A DNA stretch of 64,000 bases from Trichormus sp. ATA11-4-KO1 (GTDB lineage Bacteria > Cyanobacteriota > Cyanobacteriia > Cyanobacteriales > Nostocaceae). The position numbers and the translations under genes were made by a program. The notes below the pieces were generated by a model, which was not told where the DNA came from, searched no databases, and worked only from the letters and a program-made list of their open reading frames with translations. The stretch covers positions 1 to 64,000 of the forward strand of contig JAHHIM010000020.1 of NCBI GenBank assembly GCA_019358915.1, read 5' to 3'. This document shows, in pieces, positions 50,201 to 59,403 of the stretch; within the stretch, counting starts at the first letter, position 1, and every line of letters starts with the position of its first letter.

Positions 50201-52421
50201 ACATGAAGCTTTGCGAACGAGTTTTCCGGCCGCAGATGGTCAACCAATTTGTGCGATCGCCCCAGCTTTGACCTTAGAACTACCTGTGGTAGAGTTGCAA
50301 GTATTGTCGGCAAATCAGCGAGAAGCAGAGGTGTTGCAGCTAGCTCAACAAGAAGCAGCACAACCGTTTGATTTAGCCCAGTCACCTTTGTTGCGAGCAA
50401 AATTGTTGAAGTTAGACGCAGCAGAGTATGTTTTACTCCTGACAATACACCATATTATTTTTGATGGCTGGTCTAGTGGGGTACTTAACCAAGAAATAGT
50501 CACACTTTACGAAGCTTTTTCTTCTGGAAAGCCTTCACCCTTGGCAGAACTTTCTATCCAATATGCTGATTTTGCTTACTGGCAGCGACAATGGTTGCAA
50601 GGTAAAACACTAGAAACCCAACTGTCCTACTGGCAAAAACAGTTAGCAGGTGCTTCTACAAGTTTGGATCTACACAAAATAGCCAGCAACTTCTCATCTA
50701 CTGTCAAAATAGAGGCTACAGAGGCATCCTTCTTACTTTCCCCTGAGCTATCCGAACAAATCAAAAAACTCAGCCGCCAAGAGGGAGTCACACTGTTTAT
50801 GACCCTACTGGCAATTTTTCAAATACTTTTATATCGCTACACAAATCAGGATGACATTATAGTTGGCACTGATGTCGCCAACCGCAATCGAGCCGAAATT
50901 GAACCACTAATCGGTTTCTTTGTCAACTTGCTGGTTTTACGCACCGACTTATCTGGCAACCCTAGTTTTCAAGAACTGCTAGGGCGGGTGCGTGAAGTCA
51001 CTTTGGGGGCTTATGCCCACCAAGACTTACCTTTTGCCAAGTTAGTAGAAGAATTACGTCCAGATAGAAATTCTAGTGCCACACCACTATTTCAGGTGTT
51101 ATTTGTTCTGCAAAATGTTCCTATGCCTACTGTAGAACTTTCAGACCTCACCCTCGCACCGATGGAGATTGATAACGGTCTAGCAAAGTTTGATTTAGCT
51201 TTATTTTTGGCAGAAACACCATCAGGAATTGTGGGGACTTGGAAGTATAATACCGATTTATTTAATGCTGCTACTATTACTCGCATCTCAGAGCATTTTG
51301 CCATTTTATTGCAGAGTATTGTTGCTCAACCTGATGCCAGAATTAACACTTTAGAAATGCTAACTGAAGTTGAAAAGAAACAACAAATGATGGAACAAGC
51401 AAAACAAGAACAAAGCAAACTGAAAAAGTTTATGCAGGTTAAGCCTAAGGCGATGAAGTTGCCACAGGGACAACTAATCACCACCGATTATCTACAGCCT
51501 GGTGAAACACTTCCCCTCGTGATTAAACCTGCTGTTGAGCAAATTGATCTGATTGACTGGGTGAAAAGTCACAAAGAATTAATTGAATCAAAATTGTTAT
51601 CTCATGGTGCTTTGCTGTTTAGAGGTTTTAATATTGATTCACCATCAGCATTTGAGAATTTAGCACAAGCTATTTGTCCACAGTTGTTTGGTGAGTATGG
51701 CGATTTACCACGCGAGGGAATAGGCGGGAAAGTTTACGGTTCTACCCCATATCCATCAGACCAAGCTATTTTATTTCACAACGAAAGTTCACATCTACAC
51801 TGCTGGCCTTTAAAAATTTGGTTTTTCTGCTTGCAAAGTCCTCAAGTTGGTGGCGAAACACCTATAGTGGATTGTCGCAAAGTATATCAGTTACTTGATC
51901 CGAAGTTGCGATCGCACTTTGAACAAAAGCAATTAATGTATGTTCGTAACTACATTCAAGGTTTGGATGTCAGCTGGCAAGAATTTTTCCATACAAGCGA
52001 TCGCACAGTAGTTAAAAAATACTGTCATCAAGCTAAGATTGATTTTGAGTGGAAGGAAGAGGATCATTTTTTGACTCGGCAAGTACGGCCTGCTATAACC
52101 AAGCATCCTCAAACTGGTGAGTTAATCTTTTTCAACCAAATTCAGCTGCATCATGTATCTTGCTTAGAACCAGCCGTCAAAGACTCTTTGTTATCAACTT
52201 TTGGCGCAGAAAAACTGCCCCGAAATGTTTATTATGGCGATGGTTCTCCTATTGAAGATGCTGTAGTCGAGGAAATTTGCTCAGTTTACGAGCAAGCCAA
52301 AGTGAGTTTTCCTTGGCAGCAAGGTGATGTGTTAATGCTGGATAATATGCTGACTGCACATGGTCGTAACCCTTATGTGGGGCCACGTAAAATTTTGGTG
52401 GCTATGGGTGAAATGCACTAA
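47295..52421 (+). CDS. NRPS: truncated C-A(Dab-like)-PCP-C-TauD (fused beta-hydroxylase)
   Basis: YWVNQLSGELP near the start; code DIWEMVADDK; PCP GGHSL; C HHIIFDG; C-terminal GSTPYP, LFHNESSH, DNMLTAHGR. Confidence 0.9.
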   Translation: MTINQQIQDLITPEELFSQKFYWVNQLSGELPESNFITDFIRPAIYRGKNKSVEFNLPDKLSASLIKFTNHSYLSIYLLLVSALGILLRKYTGSNDVIIGSPTYQNAEINENTSNKILPLRLYVDSQVTFKDFLLHVKEKMVSAYSHQDYNFDELVSLLEIPKTPNRCPIFDIAILLENIHEYININNDVTFAFKVTGNSIQGQVKYVDSLFQETTIKTIIKYYLNILEAIISDCYTQIVDISFLKAEDEYKILSAFNNNLQAGYPLNQTINQLFEQQVEQTPNRIAAVFGNLELTYQELNQKANQLARFLQNLGVKQREFVGILKERDINFLIGILAIYKAGGAYVPIDSTYPSDRIKYMVYNSEVKILLTDSSCLNILINLQKDCPHLQFLVCSDIKPQVANFNQLINIDIYDQRDFKNLPQENLEIINVASDPAYMLYTSGSTGLPKGAIVRHDGAINHIYAQFDALELNEDFCFLQSAAASTDISVWQFLAPLLIGGKTVIVDIESGFVPEKLFKVLQEQRITVVELVPAVFGGLIDYISQLLPHQRLLLDLKWMMVVGEPVSVQRLNQWLRIYPSIKVADAYGPTEAADDITQYIVEKPLPESQRTVPIGKPLANLNIYILDPKLNLLPIGVPGEICVAGIGVGNGYWKNEEKTNLSFVANPFPHTTKLLPETYRDLIYKTGDLGRWLPDGNIEFLGRIDHQVKIRGFRVELGEIEALLAKHPAIREAVVILREDIPGEKRLVAYMIVSSDQIPTNDPAVSSELILELRNSLKERLPDYMIPSAFLLLEAFPLSPSGKIDRKALPVPDWSQRNLAQSYIAPRTPTEEMIAGIWSQVLGVEQVGVDDNFFDLGGHSLLATLVVSQLRNVFHIELPLRNIFDFPTVVTLAKSVEIMKQSQEHLQSPPIVPIPRNGKEPLSFAQQRLWFIDQLEPNNPAYNHFNAVRITGALNIVALKQSLNEIIRRHEALRTSFPAADGQPICAIAPALTLELPVVELQVLSANQREAEVLQLAQQEAAQPFDLAQSPLLRAKLLKLDAAEYVLLLTIHHIIFDGWSSGVLNQEIVTLYEAFSSGKPSPLAELSIQYADFAYWQRQWLQGKTLETQLSYWQKQLAGASTSLDLHKIASNFSSTVKIEATEASFLLSPELSEQIKKLSRQEGVTLFMTLLAIFQILLYRYTNQDDIIVGTDVANRNRAEIEPLIGFFVNLLVLRTDLSGNPSFQELLGRVREVTLGAYAHQDLPFAKLVEELRPDRNSSATPLFQVLFVLQNVPMPTVELSDLTLAPMEIDNGLAKFDLALFLAETPSGIVGTWKYNTDLFNAATITRISEHFAILLQSIVAQPDARINTLEMLTEVEKKQQMMEQAKQEQSKLKKFMQVKPKAMKLPQGQLITTDYLQPGETLPLVIKPAVEQIDLIDWVKSHKELIESKLLSHGALLFRGFNIDSPSAFENLAQAICPQLFGEYGDLPREGIGGKVYGSTPYPSDQAILFHNESSHLHCWPLKIWFFCLQSPQVGGETPIVDCRKVYQLLDPKLRSHFEQKQLMYVRNYIQGLDVSWQEFFHTSDRTVVKKYCHQAKIDFEWKEEDHFLTRQVRPAITKHPQTGELIFFNQIQLHHVSCLEPAVKDSLLSTFGAEKLPRNVYYGDGSPIEDAVVEEICSVYEQAKVSFPWQQGDVLMLDNMLTAHGRNPYVGPRKILVAMGEMH

Positions 52422-52495
52422 GCACAAAATTTTCTTGAGAAATTATCGCAAAATTTATGATAATATATCTCAAATAATCCATAACACTCATCTTG

Positions 52496-52795
52496 TACTT
52501 AGCCCTAGCCATGAGAAATCGTCGGCTATACAAACATCAAAACTTTGTGGCTTCCCGTAGGGTAGTCCATCCGCGCAGATAACGGAAAATTAAATCTTTT
52601 TTCCTTCCTACTTCCTCACTGACAAAGAAAACAACACTCAAAAACCTTACGCCATCAACCTCTGTATTACTGATTTCTCCGTGTTCTCTGAGTCTCTGTG
52701 GTTCATTTATTCTGTTGAGAACTCCGTTTAAGAGTCACCATTCATAACCAAATAAAAAACCTACACCTGTTAGCTTCCCACTCCCCACTCCCCAC
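52496..52795. repeat. Intergenic cluster of degenerate Nostocales-type short repeats
   Basis: Contains cccgtagggt (also at ~58584), ctctgagtctctgtggtt and cccactccccactcccc heptamer repeats within a 411-bp gap. Confidence 0.4.
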
Positions 52796-52832
52796 CTACA
52801 CAAAATAAATTCAAAAATCAAAGCAGATTACT

Positions 52833-55800
52833 ATGCAAGCTGAAACAATTGAGGGCTTTCGACTCTCTCCACAGCAAAAAAGTTTGTGGTTACTCCAACA
52901 AGATAGTGATGTTTATCGCGCCCAATGTAGCATTTTAATTGCAGGCAAAATTAAAATAGAAGTTCTGCAAGCAGCCTTACAGCAAATTATCAATCAGCAT
53001 GAAATTTTCCGGACTACATTTCATCGTCGTCCTGGCATAAAATTTCCTATTCAAGTAATAGCAGATAGTTGTAATATATCCTGGAATAATATCAATCTCA
53101 GTGATTTAGCTGGGCAGGAACAACAAAATAAAATTGCAGAATTATTGCAGCAAGAGAAGTCTTATGTTTGTCAATTTGAGCAAAGTCCATTATTACGTTC
53201 TTGCCTGTTAACTTTATCAGAACAACAGTATCTTTTAATATTGACTTTGCCGTCATTGTGTGCAGATAGCTGGACAATCAAAAATTTAGTCAAAGAAATC
53301 AGCGATAATTATGCTGCACATTTAGATGGTAAAGAAATACCAGAGCCAGGAGTACAGTACATTCAATTTTCTGAATGGCAGAATGAACTGATAGAAGCAG
53401 AAGAAGCAGAAACAGGAAAAAATTACTGGCAAGGACAAAATTTCGTCAACCAAATTCCTCATATACTGCCTTTCGAGAGTAAGTTTATCGACACATTTGA
53501 GACTGATTGTTACTCTATCAATATAGATTCCAGTTTAGTGAAAAAGCTGGAAGCGATCGCTACTATAAATAAAACTACAATTAGTGAATTATTACTAGCT
53601 TGTTGGCAAATATTATTCTACAGAATATTAAAACAATCAGATATTTTTGTAAGTACTGTTTTTCATGGCAGAAACTACGAAGAACTACATACAATAATGG
53701 GTCTATTAGCTAAATGGCTACCAATTCGTTGTAGTTTTCAAGATAATTTTAAATTTAAGGAAATTTTATCGCAAACGAGCGAAACTCTACGCAATCACCA
53801 TCAATACCAGGAATATTTTATTGGTGAAGAAGAAACAGAAACAACCGCCAAATTGCCAATAAGCTTTGAGTTTGAGGAACATCCAAGCACTTATTACAGC
53901 GATGGGGTTTCGTTTTCTCTTCATCAGCAGTATGTCTGTTTTGATAGATTCAAAATCAAGCTTTCCTGCATACGTACAGAAGCTTATTTATGTGCAGAAT
54001 TTCATTACGATACTAATTTATTTGTACAAGCAGATATTGCCAGATTAGCAGAACAATTTCTGACTTTAGTAGCAAGTGTAGCTAACAATATAGAGTCTAC
54101 AGTTAGTGAGTTAGAAATTCTCAGCGATCGCCAACGACAACAATTATTAATTGATTTCAATCAAACTCATATTAATCATCCAAAAGATAAGTGTATTCAT
54201 CATCTGTTTGAAGCACAGGTAGAGCAAACACCACACAACATTGCTGTTGTATTTCAAGAAGAACAACTAACATATATTGAACTGAATAATCGCGCCAACC
54301 AATTAGCTCACTACCTACAAAAATTAGGAGTTGATACAGAAACACTAGTAGGTATTTATTTAGAGCGATCGCACCTCAACATTATTGCTCTTTTAGCTAT
54401 TCTCAAAGCTGGTGCAGCTTACGTACCACTAGATCCAGCATTACCACCAGAAGCTTTAGAATTTCGGTTACAGGATGTGCAAGCGTCAGTTTTATTAACC
54501 CAAGATTCACTAGTTCAACAACTTTCGGAAACTGCTGTACAAGTCATTTGCTTAGATAAAAACTGGGAAGTAATTACCCAAGAAAATCAAAGTAATCCTC
54601 AAACTTTGGTAAAACCAGAAAATTTAGTTTATGCTATTTTCACCTCTGGTTCTACAGGTAAACCCAAAGCAGTTGGCGTTGAACATCAGCAACTCCTCAA
54701 TTACTTATACGGTGTTGTAGATAGACTCGACTTGCCAAAAGGCGGAAGCTTCGCTACTGTTTCCACATTTGCGGCTGACTTGGGTAACACAGTCATCTTC
54801 GCAGCGTTGTGTCACGGTGGATGTCTGCATATCTTATCTCAAGAGCAAGCATCAGATCCCCAAGCACTAGCAGATTACTTCCAACAGCATCCCATCGACT
54901 GCTTAAAGATTGTTCCCTCTCACTTAGCTGCTTTAATAGCATCCTCTCCTCCTCAGACTCTCCTCCCTCGTCAGTGTCTAATTTTGGGTGGAGAAGTCAG
55001 CAGTTGGGATTTAATTGAGAAAATTCAAGCACAAGCACCAAAATGTCAGATTTTTAACCATTATGGCCCGACAGAAACAACTGTAGGAGTGCTAACTTAC
55101 CCAGTTTACAGCCGAAAATATAGCCATAATTCACACACAGTACCTCTGGGTAAACCCTTAGCTAATACCCAAGTTTACGTACTAGACACACAGCTACGTC
55201 CCGTACCCATAGGCGTACCAGGCGAACTTTATATTGGTGGCGCGTCACTCAGTAGAGGTTACCTCAATCGACCGGAACTAACAACCGAGAGGTTTATTCA
55301 AAATCCTTTCATACCCGAAGCAAAATTATACAAAACCGGAGACTTAGTACGTTACTTGCCAGATGGAAATCTAGAATTTCTCGGAAGAAGTGACAACCAA
55401 GTGAAAATTCGTGGCTTCCGTATTGAATTAGGGGAAATTGAAGCTACCTTGAGACAGCATCCTAGTGTACAGGAAGTTGTAGTCCTAGCAACACAGGAAA
55501 AACTTGGTGATCAGCGTTTAGTAGCGTATATAGTTGTCAATTCTCCATCAGGACTCACCAACCAAAAACTTGAATCTGCACTCCCAGGGGAACTACGCAA
55601 TTTCTGTTTGCAAAAGCTAACTGAGTATATGTTACCTTCAGCTTTTGTTTTCTTGAAAACACTGCCATTAACACCCAATGGTAAGATAGACCGTCAAGCC
55701 TTGCTAGCCATTGAACACACTCGTCCTCAGCTAGCACAGACTTATGTAGCACCACGTACTCCCACAGAAAAGCAGTTGGCTGAGATTTGGATAAATCTCT

Positions 55801-57188
55801 TGAATTTGACACAAGTTGGTATTCATGATAACTTCTTTGAATTAGGTGGACATTCCCTACTAATCACTCAGTTACTTGCCAAAGTCCGCAACACTTTTCA
55901 CGTAGATATACCTTTACGAGAATTTTTTAATGCAGCTACTATTGCTGATTTAGCTCAAAGCATTGACAACAAACAGGAAGTTAATTGCACCAATATTGAT
56001 CTCAATGCTGAAGCTGTTTTAGACCCAGAAATTCGTCCTGTAGGAAGTCCAGTAGATTACAGCGAAGTAAATTTCATTTTCTTAACAGGTGCAACTGGGT
56101 TTTTAGGAGTATTTTTACTTTACGAACTACTACAACAAACATCAGCAAAGATTTATTGTCTGGTGCGTGCTAACACAACTGTAGATGGTAAAAATAGGCT
56201 GCAAAACAGCTTACAATCTTACTTACTTTGGGATGAAAGTTTTAGCGATCGCATGATTCCCGTCATGGGAGATTTATCTCAACCGCGATTGGGATTGTCA
56301 GAGTCAGAGTTTAGCAATTTCGCCAGCCAAATAGATGTCATCTATCATAATGGTGCATTTGTCAACTTTACATACCCATATTCCCAACTCAAAGTAGCCA
56401 ACGTCTTAGGCACTCAAGAAGTATTAAGATTAGCGGCTCAAGTTAAAGTTAAGCCAGTACATTTTATTTCCACTATTGGTGTAGTTGGTGCAGCTGATTC
56501 CCAACTAGAAATAATTCGCGAAGATACCCCGAATAATCGCAGTGAAAATATCAAAAGTGGTTATACCCAGAGTAAATGGGTAGCCGAAAAATTAGTCAAA
56601 ATAGCAGGCGATCGCGGTATTCCCATTTCTATTTACAGACCAGGCCGCATTTCTGGACATTCAGTTACGGGTGTTTGCAACGTCAATGATCACACCTTCA
56701 GAATGATTAAAGGCTGTATTCAACTTGGTAGTGCGCCTCTTAATGACTCAATGGTGAATTTAACTCCCATTGATTATGCTAGCAAAGCAATTATTTATTT
56801 ATCTCGGCAAAAAGCATCCTTAGGCAAAGTGTTTCATATTATTAATCCTCAGCCTCAACCTTGGAATGAAATGATTAATATCATTGCTGATTTTGGTTAT
56901 GCACTCAAGCCAATTGCCTATGAAAAATGGCGCTTAGAACTACTACAAGCAGTCGAGCGATCGCCTGATAATGCTTTGTCTCCTTTAATTGGCACCTTTA
57001 CTGATAGCGAAACACCAAAAAGCAATGCAGAGGAGTCATCACCATCCCAATTAGATTATGAAAATACTCTCACTGGATTAGCAGAAACTGCAATTAATTG
57101 TCCACCAGTAAATGCCAAATTACTAAATACTTATTTCTCTTACTTAATTGACAGTGGCTTTTTAAATGCTCCACAGTTAATTATTTAG
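52833..57188 (+). CDS. Terminal NRPS: interface-like degenerate C-A(Asp)-PCP-thioester reductase (R)
   Basis: GFRLSPQQ; LPSLCAD; code DLTKIGHVGK; PCP GGHSL; R domain FLTGATGFLG, GYTQSKWVAE (YxxxK), YRPGRISG. Confidence 0.92.
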   Translation: MQAETIEGFRLSPQQKSLWLLQQDSDVYRAQCSILIAGKIKIEVLQAALQQIINQHEIFRTTFHRRPGIKFPIQVIADSCNISWNNINLSDLAGQEQQNKIAELLQQEKSYVCQFEQSPLLRSCLLTLSEQQYLLILTLPSLCADSWTIKNLVKEISDNYAAHLDGKEIPEPGVQYIQFSEWQNELIEAEEAETGKNYWQGQNFVNQIPHILPFESKFIDTFETDCYSINIDSSLVKKLEAIATINKTTISELLLACWQILFYRILKQSDIFVSTVFHGRNYEELHTIMGLLAKWLPIRCSFQDNFKFKEILSQTSETLRNHHQYQEYFIGEEETETTAKLPISFEFEEHPSTYYSDGVSFSLHQQYVCFDRFKIKLSCIRTEAYLCAEFHYDTNLFVQADIARLAEQFLTLVASVANNIESTVSELEILSDRQRQQLLIDFNQTHINHPKDKCIHHLFEAQVEQTPHNIAVVFQEEQLTYIELNNRANQLAHYLQKLGVDTETLVGIYLERSHLNIIALLAILKAGAAYVPLDPALPPEALEFRLQDVQASVLLTQDSLVQQLSETAVQVICLDKNWEVITQENQSNPQTLVKPENLVYAIFTSGSTGKPKAVGVEHQQLLNYLYGVVDRLDLPKGGSFATVSTFAADLGNTVIFAALCHGGCLHILSQEQASDPQALADYFQQHPIDCLKIVPSHLAALIASSPPQTLLPRQCLILGGEVSSWDLIEKIQAQAPKCQIFNHYGPTETTVGVLTYPVYSRKYSHNSHTVPLGKPLANTQVYVLDTQLRPVPIGVPGELYIGGASLSRGYLNRPELTTERFIQNPFIPEAKLYKTGDLVRYLPDGNLEFLGRSDNQVKIRGFRIELGEIEATLRQHPSVQEVVVLATQEKLGDQRLVAYIVVNSPSGLTNQKLESALPGELRNFCLQKLTEYMLPSAFVFLKTLPLTPNGKIDRQALLAIEHTRPQLAQTYVAPRTPTEKQLAEIWINLLNLTQVGIHDNFFELGGHSLLITQLLAKVRNTFHVDIPLREFFNAATIADLAQSIDNKQEVNCTNIDLNAEAVLDPEIRPVGSPVDYSEVNFIFLTGATGFLGVFLLYELLQQTSAKIYCLVRANTTVDGKNRLQNSLQSYLLWDESFSDRMIPVMGDLSQPRLGLSESEFSNFASQIDVIYHNGAFVNFTYPYSQLKVANVLGTQEVLRLAAQVKVKPVHFISTIGVVGAADSQLEIIREDTPNNRSENIKSGYTQSKWVAEKLVKIAGDRGIPISIYRPGRISGHSVTGVCNVNDHTFRMIKGCIQLGSAPLNDSMVNLTPIDYASKAIIYLSRQKASLGKVFHIINPQPQPWNEMINIIADFGYALKPIAYEKWRLELLQAVERSPDNALSPLIGTFTDSETPKSNAEESSPSQLDYENTLTGLAETAINCPPVNAKLLNTYFSYLIDSGFLNAPQLII

Positions 57189-57248
57189 AGCTTGACAGTA
57201 AATCATACCAATAAACAAACCACAGAGGCACAGAGAGCGCAAAGAAGA

Positions 57249-58463
57249 ATGAAAGAAAATATCAGAATGACTATACCAGGTCGAGTTACAGCCGCAGGAA
57301 CACGGCGTTACAGGGAAAAACATCAAAAGTATTGTGCATCCAATTTTTTTTATGCAGCTGGTGAACTGATTACCAGTTCTATTGGCATTGGGACGCTAAT
57401 TAATCAAATGGATGAGCAAACCGACCAACTGATGACGCAAGCGATCGCAGAATCAGTACGGTGCGGAGTAAACTTAATTGACACCTCAATTAGTTATGGC
57501 TACCAGCAAGCAGAACGTAGTATAGGAAAAGCTATCTATAATCTTCTTGAATCGGGAGAGGTATCCAGAGATGAACTGATTATCTGTACCAAAGGTGGAG
57601 TCATACCGCATCCAGAGAACAACCTAGCCGACTGGTTTCAGCACCACTATGTTGAGCCAAGTAACTGTAGAATCAACATGACAGATATCGCGGCATCACG
57701 TTACTGCATACACCCAGAATACCTGCAAGATCAGCTCAACCGCAGCCTCAAAAATCTCGGACTCCAAACCATCGATGTTTACTACATCCATAATCCCGAA
57801 AGACAGCTATTAGAAATTGCGCCTGATATTTTCTACAGTAAGTTACGCGCAGCTTTTGAGGTCATGGAAGATGCCGTAGATGCTGGAAAAATAGCTGCTT
57901 ATGGTCTAGCAACTTGGGAAGGTTTTCGTGTACCTCCAACTTCCCGCGAGCATTTAGATTTAGCAAAAATTAAGTCTATTGCTCAGGAAGTAGCTGGAAA
58001 TAAACAAGACCGATTCCGGTTCATCCAATTTCCCTTGAACATGGTAATGCTAGAAGCACTTCTGTCACCAACTCAGCAAATTGCCGGACAAAAAGTTCCC
58101 ATCTTAGAAGCTGCTTATCGTTTAGGCATGATTCCCGTAGCCAGTAATTCTATTTATCAAGGACAAATCGCTGGTAAAATTCCCGAACACATCGCTACTG
58201 CTTTGAGTGACAAACTGTGGACTGACTGTCAACGCGCACTCCAATACACCCGCAGCACTCCTGGTATTGCTACTGCTCTTGTGGGAATGAAAGGTATAAA
58301 ACATATAGAAGAAAACTTAGCTTTGAAAACTATTTCATCACTTGAGATAAATAACTTTCAGGCAGTTACACATGCAATTGTTCAAGTGTTAAAAAGTATG
58401 CAAATCGATGATACTTCTTGGACATTTGATTTATCTAAGCTATCTTATTCTAAAAACAATTAA
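57249..58463 (+). CDS. Aldo/keto reductase
   Basis: SSIGIGT; IDTSISY, CTKGG and YIHNPE give the Asp/Tyr/Lys/His tetrad. Start uncertain (57192 TTG, 57249 ATG or 57267 ATG). Confidence 0.85.
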   Translation: MKENIRMTIPGRVTAAGTRRYREKHQKYCASNFFYAAGELITSSIGIGTLINQMDEQTDQLMTQAIAESVRCGVNLIDTSISYGYQQAERSIGKAIYNLLESGEVSRDELIICTKGGVIPHPENNLADWFQHHYVEPSNCRINMTDIAASRYCIHPEYLQDQLNRSLKNLGLQTIDVYYIHNPERQLLEIAPDIFYSKLRAAFEVMEDAVDAGKIAAYGLATWEGFRVPPTSREHLDLAKIKSIAQEVAGNKQDRFRFIQFPLNMVMLEALLSPTQQIAGQKVPILEAAYRLGMIPVASNSIYQGQIAGKIPEHIATALSDKLWTDCQRALQYTRSTPGIATALVGMKGIKHIEENLALKTISSLEINNFQAVTHAIVQVLKSMQIDDTSWTFDLSKLSYSKNN

Positions 58464-58508
58464 CACAAAGATCAGGAATAAGTAGGACGTCGTAAATAAT
58501 TAAAGGTT

Positions 58509-58610
58509 TGTAGTGAGTTAGCGCGGTCTTGGGGGTTTCCCCATGAGCGACTAACGTACAGCCTGTGGCATCCGGAGGCATTACCCGTAGGGTAAGGACT
58601 TTAGTCCTTA
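58509..58610. repeat. Nested small dispersed repeats (SDR/REP-like)
   Basis: tgtagtgag, then gcgcggtcttgggggtttccccatgagcgact, then hairpins ttacccgtagggtaa and taaggactttagtcctta. Confidence 0.6.
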
Positions 58611-58652
58611 AATAATAGCTAGAGCCAAACACAGACTAACAGGAGCAAAAAA

Positions 58653-58883
58653 ATGTATCAAGACGACAAAGAAGATACCACGATTTACAAAGTTGTAGTC
58701 AATCACGAAGAGCAGTATTCCATCTGGCCTGCTGAGCGAGAAAATGCACTCGGCTGGCGGGATGCAGGCAAAAGTGGACTGAAGGCAGAATGTCTTGAGT
58801 ACATCAAGCAAGTCTGGACTGATATGAGACCACTAAGTTTAAGGAAGAAGATGGAAGAAACCACCCGCAGTCAGACTCACTAA
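58653..58883 (+). CDS. mbtH: MbtH-like protein
   Basis: [40 protein letters not shown] upstream. Confidence 0.95.
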   Translation: MYQDDKEDTTIYKVVVNHEEQYSIWPAERENALGWRDAGKSGLKAECLEYIKQVWTDMRPLSLRKKMEETTRSQTH

Positions 58884-59063
58884 ATTGAAATTCTCCCTTT
58901 GACAAAAGTCGTATGCAATACGGAGAGCGATTTTTTCGGGGGAGATGGGCAACAATTAACCAGGGGCGTTAAACATCAATCATCCCAAAGACCTGGAAAC
59001 TGGGTAGATGCAAATTCGGTGTAACGAACAGTGTGCTGAATATTAGTCCTCTCCGACAAAGAA

Positions 59064-59093
59064 TGTAGAGACGTTCCATGGAACGTCTCTACA
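59064..59093. repeat. Perfect 30-bp GTAG-type REP-like palindrome
   Basis: TGTAGAGACGTTCCATGGAACGTCTCTACA is its own reverse complement. Confidence 0.8.
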
Positions 59094-59403
59094 AGGTTTT
59101 GGAAACAGCATATTGAATTTTTGGAGATGTCTCCTAACACGCAAGAATTCTGTGATTTCATTAAAGACTTTTGCTTGGTTGTCGCCCTCCTTAATGTATT
59201 ATACAAGTAATAATATAAATTACAAACATGGGAAATTAAATAAAGTGAGTAAGAAATGAGCAAGTTTTGGTCTGGAAAGTGAGTAGTAGGAGCAAATAAG
59301 CTGTGGATCACTTTGGTAATAGCCACAGTTTTTTTTTGAAATCCAAATCAACCTGCTATTTCCATACCAACACTAGAGGCTAAACACCTCAAGGAGGGCA
59401 ACC

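Noticed and set aside
52422..52832. CRISPR array or ncRNA in intergenic gaps
   Set aside because: No regularly spaced repeat-spacer units and no recognisable RNA family, only short dispersed repeats.
1346..58883. Assignment to puwainaphycin/minutissamide, hassallidin, nostopeptolide, microcystin, anachelin or a known cyanochelin
   Set aside because: Module order, the hydroxymalonyl cassette, two Dab modules and R release do not fit those pathways as I recall them; no gene symbols were assigned.
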